NCBI GenBank assembly: GCA_048940645.1
Contig: JBHLOI010000026.1
Span: forward strand, 1 to 48,470
DNA: 48,470 nucleotides
Direction: 5' to 3'
Source: Promethearchaeota archaeon
GTDB lineage: Archaea > Asgardarchaeota > Lokiarchaeia > Sigyniarchaeales > SOKP01
In this document: piece by piece, positions 1-10,324 of the stretch
How the letters are laid out: the number at the start of each line of letters is the position of its first letter
How positions within the stretch are numbered: position 1 is the stretch's first letter
Translations under genes and position numbers: made by a program
The notes under the pieces: model-generated
Databases searched by the model: none
What the model was told of the DNA's origin: nothing
What the model saw: only the letters and a program-made list of their open reading frames with translations

Positions 1-627
1 AGAATGTTATTTAACATGACTGAAGCAGAATTTGATGATGTTATTGCTGTGCATTTAAAAGGTACTTTCAATATGACACGTCACGCAGCTGCGTATTTTA
101 GAATGAAAGGTAAAGAAGATGAATCGCTTGGGAATTTTGGTAGAATCATAAATACCGCATCAGATGCTGGTTTATTAGGAAATATGGGGCAAACTAATTA
201 TGGAGCGGCTAAAGCAGGGATTGCCGCTTTCACTATAATTTCTTCAATGGAGCTTAAGAAATATGCTACAGTTAATTGTATCGTTCCATTAGCACGTACT
301 CGTTTGACTGTAGATGCTACACCGCAAACAGCCACATTTATGGAAAAACTTGATGAGACAGGGATGGACGTGTTCCACCCATCGAATGTGGCACCGATGG
401 TTGCATTTTTAGCATCGGATAATGCTAAAAAAATTAGTGGAGAAGTCTTTAGAGTTGTTGGTGATCGAATAATGCTATTCCAAGGATGGCATACTGTTAA
501 TCAAATTAAAAATGATCATAAACCATTCACACCACAATTAATCACCGAAAGAATAAGGGAATTAATGAAGGGAGCACCTAAAAAGGAAACCCTGATGGCT
601 CTTTTAGGAGACATGGTTAAAGTGTAA
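1..627 (+). CDS. Short-chain dehydrogenase/reductase (3-hydroxyacyl-CoA dehydrogenase/FabG-like), 5'-truncated by the window edge
   Basis: GRIINTAS, GNMGQTNYGAAK (YxxxK catalytic motif) and VAFLAS are present. The N-terminal Rossmann GxxxGxG lies outside the window. Confidence 0.9.
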   Translation, partial: RMLFNMTEAEFDDVIAVHLKGTFNMTRHAAAYFRMKGKEDESLGNFGRIINTASDAGLLGNMGQTNYGAAKAGIAAFTIISSMELKKYATVNCIVPLARTRLTVDATPQTATFMEKLDETGMDVFHPSNVAPMVAFLASDNAKKISGEVFRVVGDRIMLFQGWHTVNQIKNDHKPFTPQLITERIRELMKGAPKKETLMALLGDMVKV

Positions 628-681
628 TTTAGAAAAACGATTTTTAACGGTAGAAATTATATTCTTTTTTCAAATATTTTT

Positions 682-966
682 TTATTCTAGGTTTTCTATA
701 ATATTTTTAAAGGTTTCATAGATAAACCTGATAACTTTATCAAAATCTGATTCAGTTAAATCACTATCATTATTTTTTAAAACATTTAAGAGATATTCGA
801 GCTTTTTTAAGCCTGTTTTAATTTGATTTTCCGGATCATTTAATTTGTATTTATTAATTTGTGTTTTTAAGAATATTATTTCACATAGGAGCATGTTAAT
901 TAATTTCTCTCTTCTTAACTGATTGCTAAAGAAATCATTATATCTCCATTTAATAACCTTACTCAT
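682..966 (-). CDS. Hypothetical small helical protein
   Basis: 94-aa ORF filling the intergenic space; no recognisable motif. Confidence 0.55.
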   Translation of the reverse strand: MSKVIKWRYNDFFSNQLRREKLINMLLCEIIFLKTQINKYKLNDPENQIKTGLKKLEYLLNVLKNNDSDLTESDFDKVIRFIYETFKNIIENLE

Positions 967-1112
967 TTGTAATTCAACTCTTTCTTATTCTAATTTCAAA
1001 AATTAAAGGAAATATAAATCTCTTTAAGAGTCCAATTTTTACTTTTTTATATGAATAAATCTATTGAAAGATTTTCTAAACATATTTGATTTTGTAATGA
1101 TGTTAAATTACT

Positions 1113-2267
1113 TTATGGAAATCCTAATGAGAGGTATGTTGGCACAAAGAGACTTTTTTCTGGTTTCGAGATTTTTAATTCATCTTTTAATTTTAGTATC
1201 ATAATACTATGTTCTTGAAGTTTGAAGAAATTATATGCTTTTAAACATCTTCTTAATATATAATTTTTAGAGCTTACTTCAACTAATAACAATCCAAGAA
1301 ATCTACGACTTGCTGCTTTTAAAAGTTTATCGATTATATAGAGATAGCCATTAAAAAACTCATTTTCATTATTAAATTGAGTTTTATCTAAAAAGAATTC
1401 ATGTGTAATACCAATTCTGATTTTCAACCCATATTTAAATGAGTACACATTACAATGGGTTAAAATCACTCCTCCAATAGTTATACCATCTTTTTTAATA
1501 GTTATATAAGTAGGTTTATGTCTTTTTGAAGATACTTTAATTCTTGCCCAAATTATTTTCCGTTTGTCAAAGGAGGGATACCCTGAATAAATATTCTTGA
1601 AAACTTTCTTGACAGATTCCATATATTCAAAATGGTGAGTATTAAATGCAATTTCATAATTAAATCTTTTAAAATATGAATTTAATTTGATGCGAATTTT
1701 ATTAATTAACCGAGGAATAAATGAAAAAGTAAATAATAACGGAAAAAGAAAGCTTGCAGCTGGTAAATCCCGTATTAATTTATATAAATTAGGAAAGCTT
1801 ACATAACCAAAATATCTATCAAAATCTTTATATCCAAACTTTGAATATAATCTTTTTCTTGGAAAACCCTTAAAACCTGTAAGTAATAAGGAGATATCAC
1901 ATTCTTTTTTCCGCATATACTCTAAAGACATCTTCATTAATCTTTTTGCAATTCCTTGTCTTATATAGTCTGGATGACATGCAACATCATTTATATTACC
2001 ATTCAGATATGTTATGCCATTCAAATTAACTTTTTCAACTGGATTTACGCAGATCATTCCAACGATCTTGTTATTTTCAATATCCTCCGCGATTTGGATC
2101 ATATCTGCTTCAAATCCAGGTGAATTGAAATACCTCCATTTCCAATTTTTGGGTGTTCTAACAAAACCAAACCCATTCATTTGAAATGCTCTATTGAAAA
2201 GATCAGCAAGTTGTTCATCGTCTCCTTTTTGGTAATGACGATAAATGATATTAACCATAGAACTCAC
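1113..2267 (-). CDS. GNAT-family N-acetyltransferase (Eis-like tandem GNAT)
   Basis: Acetyl-CoA motif A (DVACHPDYIRQGIAKRLM) and LYSKFGY; the C-terminal half resembles a second, degenerate GNAT domain. Confidence 0.85.
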   Translation of the reverse strand: MSSMVNIIYRHYQKGDDEQLADLFNRAFQMNGFGFVRTPKNWKWRYFNSPGFEADMIQIAEDIENNKIVGMICVNPVEKVNLNGITYLNGNINDVACHPDYIRQGIAKRLMKMSLEYMRKKECDISLLLTGFKGFPRKRLYSKFGYKDFDRYFGYVSFPNLYKLIRDLPAASFLFPLLFTFSFIPRLINKIRIKLNSYFKRFNYEIAFNTHHFEYMESVKKVFKNIYSGYPSFDKRKIIWARIKVSSKRHKPTYITIKKDGITIGGVILTHCNVYSFKYGLKIRIGITHEFFLDKTQFNNENEFFNGYLYIIDKLLKAASRRFLGLLLVEVSSKNYILRRCLKAYNFFKLQEHSIMILKLKDELKISKPEKSLFVPTYLSLGFP

Positions 2268-2442
2268 AGAAATATTCTTGCATTTAAAAATTTAATATTT
2301 TGATACTTAAATATTTTTAAATCTTAGATATCTATTATATTATCATAAGGTTATTTATAAAATAATAATAAATAATATATTTTTTACATTGAAATAAATA
2401 TATTGGAGTCCAAAAAGCTATTATGTAAAAGAGATGACCTAA

Positions 2443-2796
2443 ATGGGAGAAAGAATAGAGGAGATCCTTGAAAGTTTGAAATCAATTAAAGGAGTTCATG
2501 GCGCTGCCTTAATAGAGAAATTCGGATTAATTAGGGGGAGCGCTCTACCAGGATGGGTAGATCCAGAGGCCGTCGCTGCTATGGTTACCCTGATTTTAAA
2601 AGCTTCTCAAAGAGCTACAAAAGAACTTGAACAAGGCCAATTTTTTATGGCCACGATAGAAAGTGCAAAAGGAAGGATTTTGTTTTCTGAAGTTGGTGGT
2701 AATATATTGTGTATCATAACCACTGTAGAAGCACAGTTAGGGATAATTAATTTAAAACTAAGTGCCGCAGTAGATACGCTTAGAACGATGCTATAG
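2443..2796 (+). CDS. Roadblock/LC7 (MglB-like) protein
   Basis: N-terminal helix, GVHGAALIEKFGLIRGS, AVAAM helix and C-terminal QLGII pattern typical of roadblock domains. Confidence 0.85.
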   Translation: MGERIEEILESLKSIKGVHGAALIEKFGLIRGSALPGWVDPEAVAAMVTLILKASQRATKELEQGQFFMATIESAKGRILFSEVGGNILCIITTVEAQLGIINLKLSAAVDTLRTML

Positions 2797-2836
2797 ATTA
2801 TTATAATTTTTCTCTTTTTTTAGTAATTTTATTCGT

Positions 2837-4282
2837 CTAATATAATAGATTCTTTAATAATTTCCTAGTGATCTTGGGATCAGCTTGGCCCCCTGTTTTA
2901 GCCATTACTCGTCCTATTAATGCTTCAAAGGCTTTTGGGTTTTTTTCAAAATCTTTTACAATGTTAGGATTTTCTTCAATTGCCTCCTTACAATATTTTT
3001 CGAGAACAAGTTCATCTGAAATCCGTTTTTTATCTTTATCTTCTAATACTTTTGAAATTGTCTTTCCTTTCATCATATCACTTATCATTGATTTCGCGAT
3101 TTTAGTAGTTATAGTCCCTTTTTTAATATTTAAAATTAAATCAACAATATAATGGGGTTTTAATTTAGTTTCAATAATTTTACTATTGTTTTCATTTAAC
3201 CAACCTACAATATCATTCATTAACCAATTACAATACAGTTTATATTCAGTAGGACCAAATGTCGGATCTGAATTAACACCATTTTCATAAAAATCAGCAA
3301 TATCTTTATCCAAGATGAGATTTTCAGCATCAAATTCTGATAACATATATTGGCGTTGTAAACGAGAAACTCTTTCATATGGCATTTCTGGCAGACTTTC
3401 TCTAATTTCATCAATATATTTTTTAGTAATTATAATCGGAACCAAATCTTGTTCCGGAAAATACCTATAATCTTTCTCAAACTCTTTTGTTCTTAAGGGT
3501 ATAGTGACTCTTCCGTCCCAATGTCTTGTTTCCTGAATAATTTTTTTTCCTTTTTTTATATCATTCTTTTGCCTCATTATTTCATAAATTAATGCACTTT
3601 CAACTTCTTTGAAGCTATTTATGTTTTTGACCTCTGCTCTAGGATGTCCCTTGATTGAAATGTTAGCATCTACTCTTAAAGAACCTTCTAAACTTAAATC
3701 TGAAATCCCAGTATACTGAACAATTAATTTTAATTGGTTTAGGAACTCTCTTGCTTCTGCTGGTGAACTTAAAACCGGCTCAGTAACTATTTCTATTAAA
3801 GCGATTCCAGAACGATTATAATCTACTAGGGTATAGGGTGATGTCCTTATACTACCCTTATGAACTAACCTTGCAGGATCCTCTTCGAGATGTATTCTAT
3901 CGAGGAGAATATCTTTTTTATTGGAATTTAACCTAATTGTTATTTTTCCACCATCTGCAAAAGCTTTACCTCCTGCTTTATTATATTGTGATATCTGAAA
4001 ACCTTTGGGAAGATCTGGATAAAAGTAATTCTTACGAAAAAAGTACATTACTTTATTAATCTGGCAATTTAATCCTAAGGCTAGTTTTGTTGCAAATTCT
4101 ATTGCTTTATTGTTGATAACGGGTAATGTCCCTGGTAATCCAACGCAAATAGGACATAGATGGGTGTTAGGTTCCGCATCTCTGTAATCACTATTACAAC
4201 TACAGAATAATTTAGTTCTTAAATTGGTAAGTTGAATATGAACTTCCAATCCAATTATTATTCTCGGGTTTTTAAAGCTTAT
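2837..4282 (-). CDS. gatB: Asp/Glu-tRNA amidotransferase subunit B (start extended to ATA at 4282)
   Basis: IGLEVHIQL, KLFC, CPICVGLPGTLP, YFYPDLPKGFQISQ, HLEED, EIVTEP and YRYFPE motifs. The conserved IIGLEVH begins upstream of the TTG at 4249 used by the ORF track. Confidence 0.95.
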   Translation of the reverse strand: MSFKNPRIIIGLEVHIQLTNLRTKLFCSCNSDYRDAEPNTHLCPICVGLPGTLPVINNKAIEFATKLALGLNCQINKVMYFFRKNYFYPDLPKGFQISQYNKAGGKAFADGGKITIRLNSNKKDILLDRIHLEEDPARLVHKGSIRTSPYTLVDYNRSGIALIEIVTEPVLSSPAEAREFLNQLKLIVQYTGISDLSLEGSLRVDANISIKGHPRAEVKNINSFKEVESALIYEIMRQKNDIKKGKKIIQETRHWDGRVTIPLRTKEFEKDYRYFPEQDLVPIIITKKYIDEIRESLPEMPYERVSRLQRQYMLSEFDAENLILDKDIADFYENGVNSDPTFGPTEYKLYCNWLMNDIVGWLNENNSKIIETKLKPHYIVDLILNIKKGTITTKIAKSMISDMMKGKTISKVLEDKDKKRISDELVLEKYCKEAIEENPNIVKDFEKNPKAFEALIGRVMAKTGGQADPKITRKLLKNLLY

Positions 4283-4283
4283 T

Positions 4284-5765
4284 TTACATCCCTCCTTTGG
4301 TTAATGCAGGAATTTTCCTAAAAATATTTAATTTTTGTTCTAGTTGATATCCAACATTAAGAATTACGCTTTCATCAAAATAATTGCCAATAATTTGAAA
4401 ACCAATAGGTAATTCATTATTATCAAAACCACAAGGGATTGAAAGAGCAGGTAAACCTGCTAAATTAACTGGGCATGTTAATATATCTATTGTGTACATC
4501 TGAATTGGATCATTTATTAATTCTCCTATTTTAAATGCTGTACATGGCATTGTAGGGCCGATAATAACATCACATTTCTTATATGCCTCTTGAAAATCGT
4601 TTTTAATTAATGTCCTGACCTTTAGTGCCTTGATATAATATTGGTCATAATAACCAGCTGATAAAGCATATGTGCCTAAAAAGATTCTTCTTCTTACTTC
4701 TGCCCCAAACTTCTCACCTCTGGTTCTATTGAAAACATCAAATACATCCCCTTCTAGATTTTGGCTCATTTTTCCATACCTTTGTCCATCATACCTCGCT
4801 AGATTCGAACTCGCTTCACTCATACAGAGTATATAATAAGTAGCAATAGTGTATTCAAGATGAGGGATTGATATTTCTGTTGAAGATACTCCCAAACTTT
4901 CCAATTCTTTAATCGCGTTTTTTACAGAATTTTTTACCGCTGGCTCAATTCCATCACTAAAAAATTCTTTTGGAATTCCAATTGTTTTCTTTTCAATAGG
5001 GTTTTTGATTTCTTCAGTATATTTATCCACTTTAATATCCACTGATGTAGAGTCCTGTGGATCCTTTCCTGATATAATTTCAAGCATCAATGCTGAATCA
5101 TACACACATTTAGTAATGGGACCTATTTGATCTAGTGAATTTGCAAACGCAATCAATCCATACCGTGAAACCCTACCATATGTAGGTTTTAATCCTACCA
5201 CTCCACAAAAGGATGCAGGGCATCTAATGCTGCCTCCTGTATCACTTCCAAGAGCAATTGATGCTTGTTTTGATATAATGGATGCTGCTGCTCCCCCGCT
5301 CGACCCTCCCGGAACTCTATCTAAATCCCAAGGATTATAAGTAGGACCATAACAACTCGTTTCCGTAGAACTCCCCATTGCAAATTCGTCCATATTTGTA
5401 TTTCCAATATGAATTGCTCCTTCTTGTTCTACTATCTTTTCAATAACGAATGCGTTATATGGTGGTTGGTAACCTTGTAAGATATTCGAACAACAAGTGG
5501 TAAGGAAATCCTTTACACATATAAGATCCTTATTAGCAAACGGTAAACCATAAAGTCTGCCAATCTTCCTACTTTTTTGTATATTTGAATCAAAATTTTT
5601 TGCTTTCTTGAGTGCTTTTTCCTTTGAGAGATTAACAAACGAATGAATGAGATTATCATATTTCTCAATTCTATCAAAAGTATCATGAATTACGTCCTGA
5701 ATAGTAATTTCTCTATTTTTAATTTTTTCAAGTAATTCATATGCCATATGATTATTGAGTTCCAT
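4284..5765 (-). CDS. gatA: Asp/Glu-tRNA amidotransferase subunit A
   Basis: Amidase signature: TNMDEFAMGSS, PGGSSGG, GSDTGGSIRCPAS, EASSNLARYDG. Adjacent to gatB. Confidence 0.96.
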   Translation of the reverse strand: MELNNHMAYELLEKIKNREITIQDVIHDTFDRIEKYDNLIHSFVNLSKEKALKKAKNFDSNIQKSRKIGRLYGLPFANKDLICVKDFLTTCCSNILQGYQPPYNAFVIEKIVEQEGAIHIGNTNMDEFAMGSSTETSCYGPTYNPWDLDRVPGGSSGGAAASIISKQASIALGSDTGGSIRCPASFCGVVGLKPTYGRVSRYGLIAFANSLDQIGPITKCVYDSALMLEIISGKDPQDSTSVDIKVDKYTEEIKNPIEKKTIGIPKEFFSDGIEPAVKNSVKNAIKELESLGVSSTEISIPHLEYTIATYYILCMSEASSNLARYDGQRYGKMSQNLEGDVFDVFNRTRGEKFGAEVRRRIFLGTYALSAGYYDQYYIKALKVRTLIKNDFQEAYKKCDVIIGPTMPCTAFKIGELINDPIQMYTIDILTCPVNLAGLPALSIPCGFDNNELPIGFQIIGNYFDESVILNVGYQLEQKLNIFRKIPALTKGGM

Positions 5766-5895
5766 TTATAGTAAGCCAAACTTTTGTATAACTTAGAATT
5801 AGTATCTCTTAAAAAATTCAATGATAATAATTCTGGATTTCTAAAAAATTTGACTGAATAAGGTCAATAAGAAATAGTAAAATTAAATTTCTTTA

Positions 5896-7197
5896 TTAAG
5901 GCGTCTTTCTTAGCATAGTTCTAGGGAATGGAATAGCATCTTTAATATTATCTAATCCACAAATCCAAGAAACAACTCTTTCTACACCTACACCATAACC
6001 GGAATGAGGAACACTTCCATACTTTCTTAATTCAAAATACCACTCATAGATATTTGGATCTTCACCATCTGCTTCCAATCTATTTATCATGTCATCGATT
6101 AGCAAACTTCTTTCTGATCCACCAACAATTTCACAATATCCTTCAGGAGCTAGCATATCAAAACATAATGCTTCTTTAGGATTTTCTTCGCTTGGGGGTT
6201 TATAAAAACCCATAATTTCGGTTGGATAATGCGTAACCACTACTGGTACCTTAAAATGGTCAGCTATTTTTGCTTCTTCAATGGTTCTTAAATCCTTACC
6301 CCAAGGAACATCCATCTGGTACTGATTATTCAAAATATCTAAAGCTTCTGCGTACTTAATTGAAGGGTATTCTGCTTCTGCATAGTGTTCTAATAATTTA
6401 ATGTCTCTCTCTAAAATTTCTAATTCTTTTTTATTATATTTCAATACTTGTTGAATAATATATCTGATTTCATCTTTAGCAACGTCAGTAACTTCATCAA
6501 GTTTCATCCATGCTGCTTCCATTTCAGCCATCCAGAATTCAGCTAAATGTCTTGATGTTTTGGATTTTTCTGCTCTAAATGTTGGCCCCATATTATAAAT
6601 TTTCCCCAGTGAAAATATACCTGCCTCAGCGTATAATTGCCACGTTTGGCTTAGATAGATTTTGTCTTCAAAGTATTTAACTTCAAATAAAGTAGCTCCA
6701 CCTTCAGATTGGCTAGGTTGGAATATTGGCGCATCAAATTCAAAATAACCATGACTCCTGAAAAATTCATGAATTGCTCCAACAATAGTATGCCTTATTT
6801 TTAATACTGCGTTCAATTTCCTTGATCTTAACCATAGATGCCTATTGTCGTATAAAAGCTCAGGAGATTGATGTTCAGTAATTGGAAAAGGTTCTGCAAT
6901 TTGTATAATTTCCAAATCAGATACAGATACCTCATAACCAGTAGGAGCCCTTTCATCTTCCTTTAGTTTACCTAAAACTTTAACTGAGGATTCAATGGTT
7001 AATTTCTCAGCTTTTTCAAATGCTTCTGGATTTTTACTTTTAGAAATAACACATTGTATTATATCCGATTCATCTCTTAAAACTATAAATACAAACTTAT
7101 TTGACTTCCTTTCTCGATATACCCAACCTCTTAGACTTACTTCACCAGAACCTTTTTTCAGAGCTTCTTCAATTGTTATATATTTTGATTCTTTCAT
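5896..7197 (-). CDS. asnS: Asparaginyl-tRNA synthetase (class IIb)
   Basis: OB-fold N-terminus (RGWVYRER...FIVLRD), YLSQTWQLY, FRAEKSKTSRHLAEFWMAEME, and VPHSGYGVGVER motif 3. These fit the AsnRS pattern rather than AspRS. Confidence 0.88.
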   Translation of the reverse strand: MKESKYITIEEALKKGSGEVSLRGWVYRERKSNKFVFIVLRDESDIIQCVISKSKNPEAFEKAEKLTIESSVKVLGKLKEDERAPTGYEVSVSDLEIIQIAEPFPITEHQSPELLYDNRHLWLRSRKLNAVLKIRHTIVGAIHEFFRSHGYFEFDAPIFQPSQSEGGATLFEVKYFEDKIYLSQTWQLYAEAGIFSLGKIYNMGPTFRAEKSKTSRHLAEFWMAEMEAAWMKLDEVTDVAKDEIRYIIQQVLKYNKKELEILERDIKLLEHYAEAEYPSIKYAEALDILNNQYQMDVPWGKDLRTIEEAKIADHFKVPVVVTHYPTEIMGFYKPPSEENPKEALCFDMLAPEGYCEIVGGSERSLLIDDMINRLEADGEDPNIYEWYFELRKYGSVPHSGYGVGVERVVSWICGLDNIKDAIPFPRTMLRKTP

Positions 7198-7350
7198 TCT
7201 CGAGATAAAACCTTTTCAAAATGATATATATGAAAGGATAGGATTTCTAAAAAATTTCACTAAAAACAATATTTATTTTTAGAATTAAATCCTTTTAGAG
7301 AATTAAAAAATTTAAAATAAAAGAAAATATGAATATCGAAAAAATTAACA

Positions 7351-7899
7351 TTATAATATAAAAATCGCTGCGGCTACAACCGAAGCCCACTCATCTTCAT
7401 CTCGAACAGTTGCAGATGCTGTAATATTCTTAGTCTCTACAATTTTCCCTCCCATTTTAAAAACTTCTCGTTTTTCGTCATAGTTAGCATTAGGGTCAAA
7501 TTCTATTCCTAAAGTAGTAGCCAACATTTCTGCGGCTAGATCCTCGGCAGTATCTCCTGCTTTTTCTGGCTTAACACCATAAGTATGATGTTCACTTAAA
7601 TAGCCATATTGACCTTTATCCGCAGGTTTTGCAACACCAATTGAAGCACAAATTAAACGATTATATTCATTAGAATCAACTCTAGCGATAACAGCAAATA
7701 CAATCTGCCCTGGTCGAAGTTGTTTTAGACCATCCTCTTTATTTATTTCGATACAATATGGTGGTAAGATAGAAGATACATTAACTAAATTATATTTTTC
7801 AATACCAGCATCTCTAAGTGCTTCTTCGAATGCTGCTAATTTGGATTTATGATATCCTTTGCCATTTACAAAAAATACTTTTTTTGGAACGAGTGACAT
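7351..7899 (-). CDS. pdaD: Pyruvoyl-dependent arginine decarboxylase
   Basis: AFEEALRDAGIEKYNLVNVSSILPP, including the Ser-Ser autocleavage site; GYLSEHH. Confidence 0.93.
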   Translation of the reverse strand: MSLVPKKVFFVNGKGYHKSKLAAFEEALRDAGIEKYNLVNVSSILPPYCIEINKEDGLKQLRPGQIVFAVIARVDSNEYNRLICASIGVAKPADKGQYGYLSEHHTYGVKPEKAGDTAEDLAAEMLATTLGIEFDPNANYDEKREVFKMGGKIVETKNITASATVRDEDEWASVVAAAIFIL

Positions 7900-8250
7900 C
7901 TCTTAATTTAGGTGTATATTCTCATTATTTATTATAATAATAGTAAATACTAAAATTATTTAAATTTAATCAAATTATATTAATAGACTAAAATTATGAT
8001 GGAGTAGAAATTATTTATTTAACTGAATATCTAAAATATTCATCAAAATATTATTATTTGATAACTAAGTTTATAGATTTTAACTTCAAGCCAATATGAT
8101 GAAAAGCATAATTTAATTGGATTATTGGAAATACTTTTGCCACTATAAATTGCCTATAATCGCAATTTTTATCAATTAATGAAATCATATCTAATTTTTT
8201 AAATGACAATTTAGATTTATTTAAAAAATTTAAAGCATTTAACTTAATCT

Positions 8251-9240
8251 ATGAATAAAAATCATAAAGAAAAGTATCTCACTAAAAAAATCTCTCCATT
8301 TAGTGTTTATAAAATTAAAACTATCGCTGATCTGTTAAAGGATCTAAAGAATTGTGGATTTCAAGGAAGAAACCTAGGAAGAGCTCTTGATATATTATAT
8401 AAAATGGTTACCAACGATAAAATTCTAACTGTTTTAACTCTTTCAGGAGCAATGGTTCCAGCAGGTATGGGTGATTTAATATGTGCCTTGATTGAAAATA
8501 AACTAATTGATGTTATAGTAAGTACTGGAGCTAATACTATTCATGATTTAGTCGATGCTGTTTCAGACATTGGGCATTACATTGGAAGCCCAAATGTTGA
8601 TGATAATGAGTTATTTAAAGCCCGAATTAACAGAATTTATGACACTTTTTTACCAGAAAATAACTATAAACGTGCAGAAAACGTCTTATTGGATATTATC
8701 CATGAAAAATTTAACTCAAAAGACGTAAATATTACCCCTTCAGACCTAATGAAAAAAGTAGGAGAAAGTGTAAAGGAAAGATGTATTCTTTCTATTGCAG
8801 CTGAATATAATGTACCTATATTTGTACCTGCGTTTTCTGATTCTGAATTTGCATTGAACTTAATAAAATTTTCTGTGAGAGAAGGCTATAAATTTAATTT
8901 AGATATCTTTGGCGATGTTCTTACATTTGCTGATATTATAAGAAAATCTGAAGAGTTTGGAACATTCATTATAGGAGGTGGTGTTCCACGAAACTGGGCT
9001 CAACAAGTATTTCCACTATTAGATCAAATAGATAATGTTGAAACTATGGGTTATAACTACTCAGTTAGAATTACAAGTGCGATAGAATATGATGGAGGGT
9101 TATCAGGATGTACGATAAGTGAAAGCAAATCATGGGGGAAATATTCTTTAGAATCAAAATATATCACAGTATGGTGCGATGCAACTATTGCATTACCAAT
9201 ATTGATTACTGGCTTATTTCAACGTTTAAATATTATTTAA
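8251..9240 (+). CDS. dys: Deoxyhypusine synthase family protein, paralog 1
   Basis: GFQGRNLG, SGAMVPAGM, STGAN..HD, DSE, GGGVPRNW, DGGLSGCTISESKSWGK (catalytic Lys retained), DATIALP. Confidence 0.92.
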   Translation: MNKNHKEKYLTKKISPFSVYKIKTIADLLKDLKNCGFQGRNLGRALDILYKMVTNDKILTVLTLSGAMVPAGMGDLICALIENKLIDVIVSTGANTIHDLVDAVSDIGHYIGSPNVDDNELFKARINRIYDTFLPENNYKRAENVLLDIIHEKFNSKDVNITPSDLMKKVGESVKERCILSIAAEYNVPIFVPAFSDSEFALNLIKFSVREGYKFNLDIFGDVLTFADIIRKSEEFGTFIIGGGVPRNWAQQVFPLLDQIDNVETMGYNYSVRITSAIEYDGGLSGCTISESKSWGKYSLESKYITVWCDATIALPILITGLFQRLNII

Positions 9241-9292
9241 TTCATAAAAAATAGTCCAATAATTTTAAAATGGCTGATTTATTACATCTAAT

Positions 9293-10294
9293 ATGCTTAA
9301 CTCTCGAAAAGAAGATTATCTTATTAGAAAAATCTCTCCTTTTGATATCAATAATATTAAAAATATTGATGATGTTTTAAAGTCATTGAAACTCTGTGGT
9401 TTCCAAGGTAGAAATTTAGGTATAGCTGCTGATATTTTATATGAAATGTTTAAAGATAAAAGTTGTTTAACCATTCTAACCTTAAGTGGAGCAATGATCC
9501 CAGCTGGAATGGGATATTTAATATGTGAATTAATCGAAAACAAATTTGTTGATGTCATTATCACAACAGGGGCTAACATTACTCACGATTTTATTGATAG
9601 CATTTTGAATGGAGGCCACTACCAAGGAAGTGAGGATGTAGATGATGAAGATTTATTTAAACATCGAATAAATAGGATATATGATGTTTTTCTTCCTGAA
9701 GACAACTATATTACCGCAGAAAAAGAATTACTGAAAATCTTGTTAAATAAATTTCCTAATAAAAAATTTGAAATTACTCCATCTGAATTCTTTAAAATTA
9801 TTGGAAAAGAACTAAAAAGGAGAAGTATTTTATCAAGTGCAGCTAAGAATGATATTCCAATATTTGTTCCAGCTATTTCTGATTCTGAATTTGCATTAGA
9901 TTTGGTAAAGTTCACGGATACCGAAGGATTTGATATTGATTTTCGAGTACTTAAAGATGTCAAGAATTTTGCTGAAATTATTAAGAAAGCAGACTCATGT
10001 GGAACCTTTATTATAGGAGGTGGTGTTCCTAGAAATTGGGCTCAGCAAATTTATCCATATATTGAAAATATTGAAAGATTAACAAGGATAGATTATGAAT
10101 TTGGCTATAAATACGCTGTAAGAATTCACACCGCAACAGAGAAAGATGGTGGCTTAAGCGGGTGTACTTTAAGCGAAAGTAAATCTTGGGGCAAATATGC
10201 GATAGATGCTAGATTTATAAGCGTATGGTGCGATGCTACTATTGCCCTACCATTATTAATTACTGGAGTTCTACAAAGATTAGAAAAAATTTAG
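9293..10294 (+). CDS. dys: Deoxyhypusine synthase family protein, paralog 2
   Basis: Same motif set as paralog 1, including SWGK; tandem paralog. Confidence 0.92.
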   Translation: MLNSRKEDYLIRKISPFDINNIKNIDDVLKSLKLCGFQGRNLGIAADILYEMFKDKSCLTILTLSGAMIPAGMGYLICELIENKFVDVIITTGANITHDFIDSILNGGHYQGSEDVDDEDLFKHRINRIYDVFLPEDNYITAEKELLKILLNKFPNKKFEITPSEFFKIIGKELKRRSILSSAAKNDIPIFVPAISDSEFALDLVKFTDTEGFDIDFRVLKDVKNFAEIIKKADSCGTFIIGGGVPRNWAQQIYPYIENIERLTRIDYEFGYKYAVRIHTATEKDGGLSGCTLSESKSWGKYAIDARFISVWCDATIALPLLITGVLQRLEKI

Positions 10295-10324
10295 ATTTTT
10301 TTAGTATTATTATTGAACTAATAA

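Noticed and set aside
2868-3414. ORFs 2868-3152 (+) and 3220-3414 (-)
   Set aside because: Shadow or out-of-frame ORFs inside gatB with no motifs.
6995-7282. 95-aa + strand ORF
   Set aside because: Antisense to asnS; composition typical of reverse-frame translation.
9316-9963. Two minus-strand ORFs
   Set aside because: Antisense shadows of DHS paralog 2.
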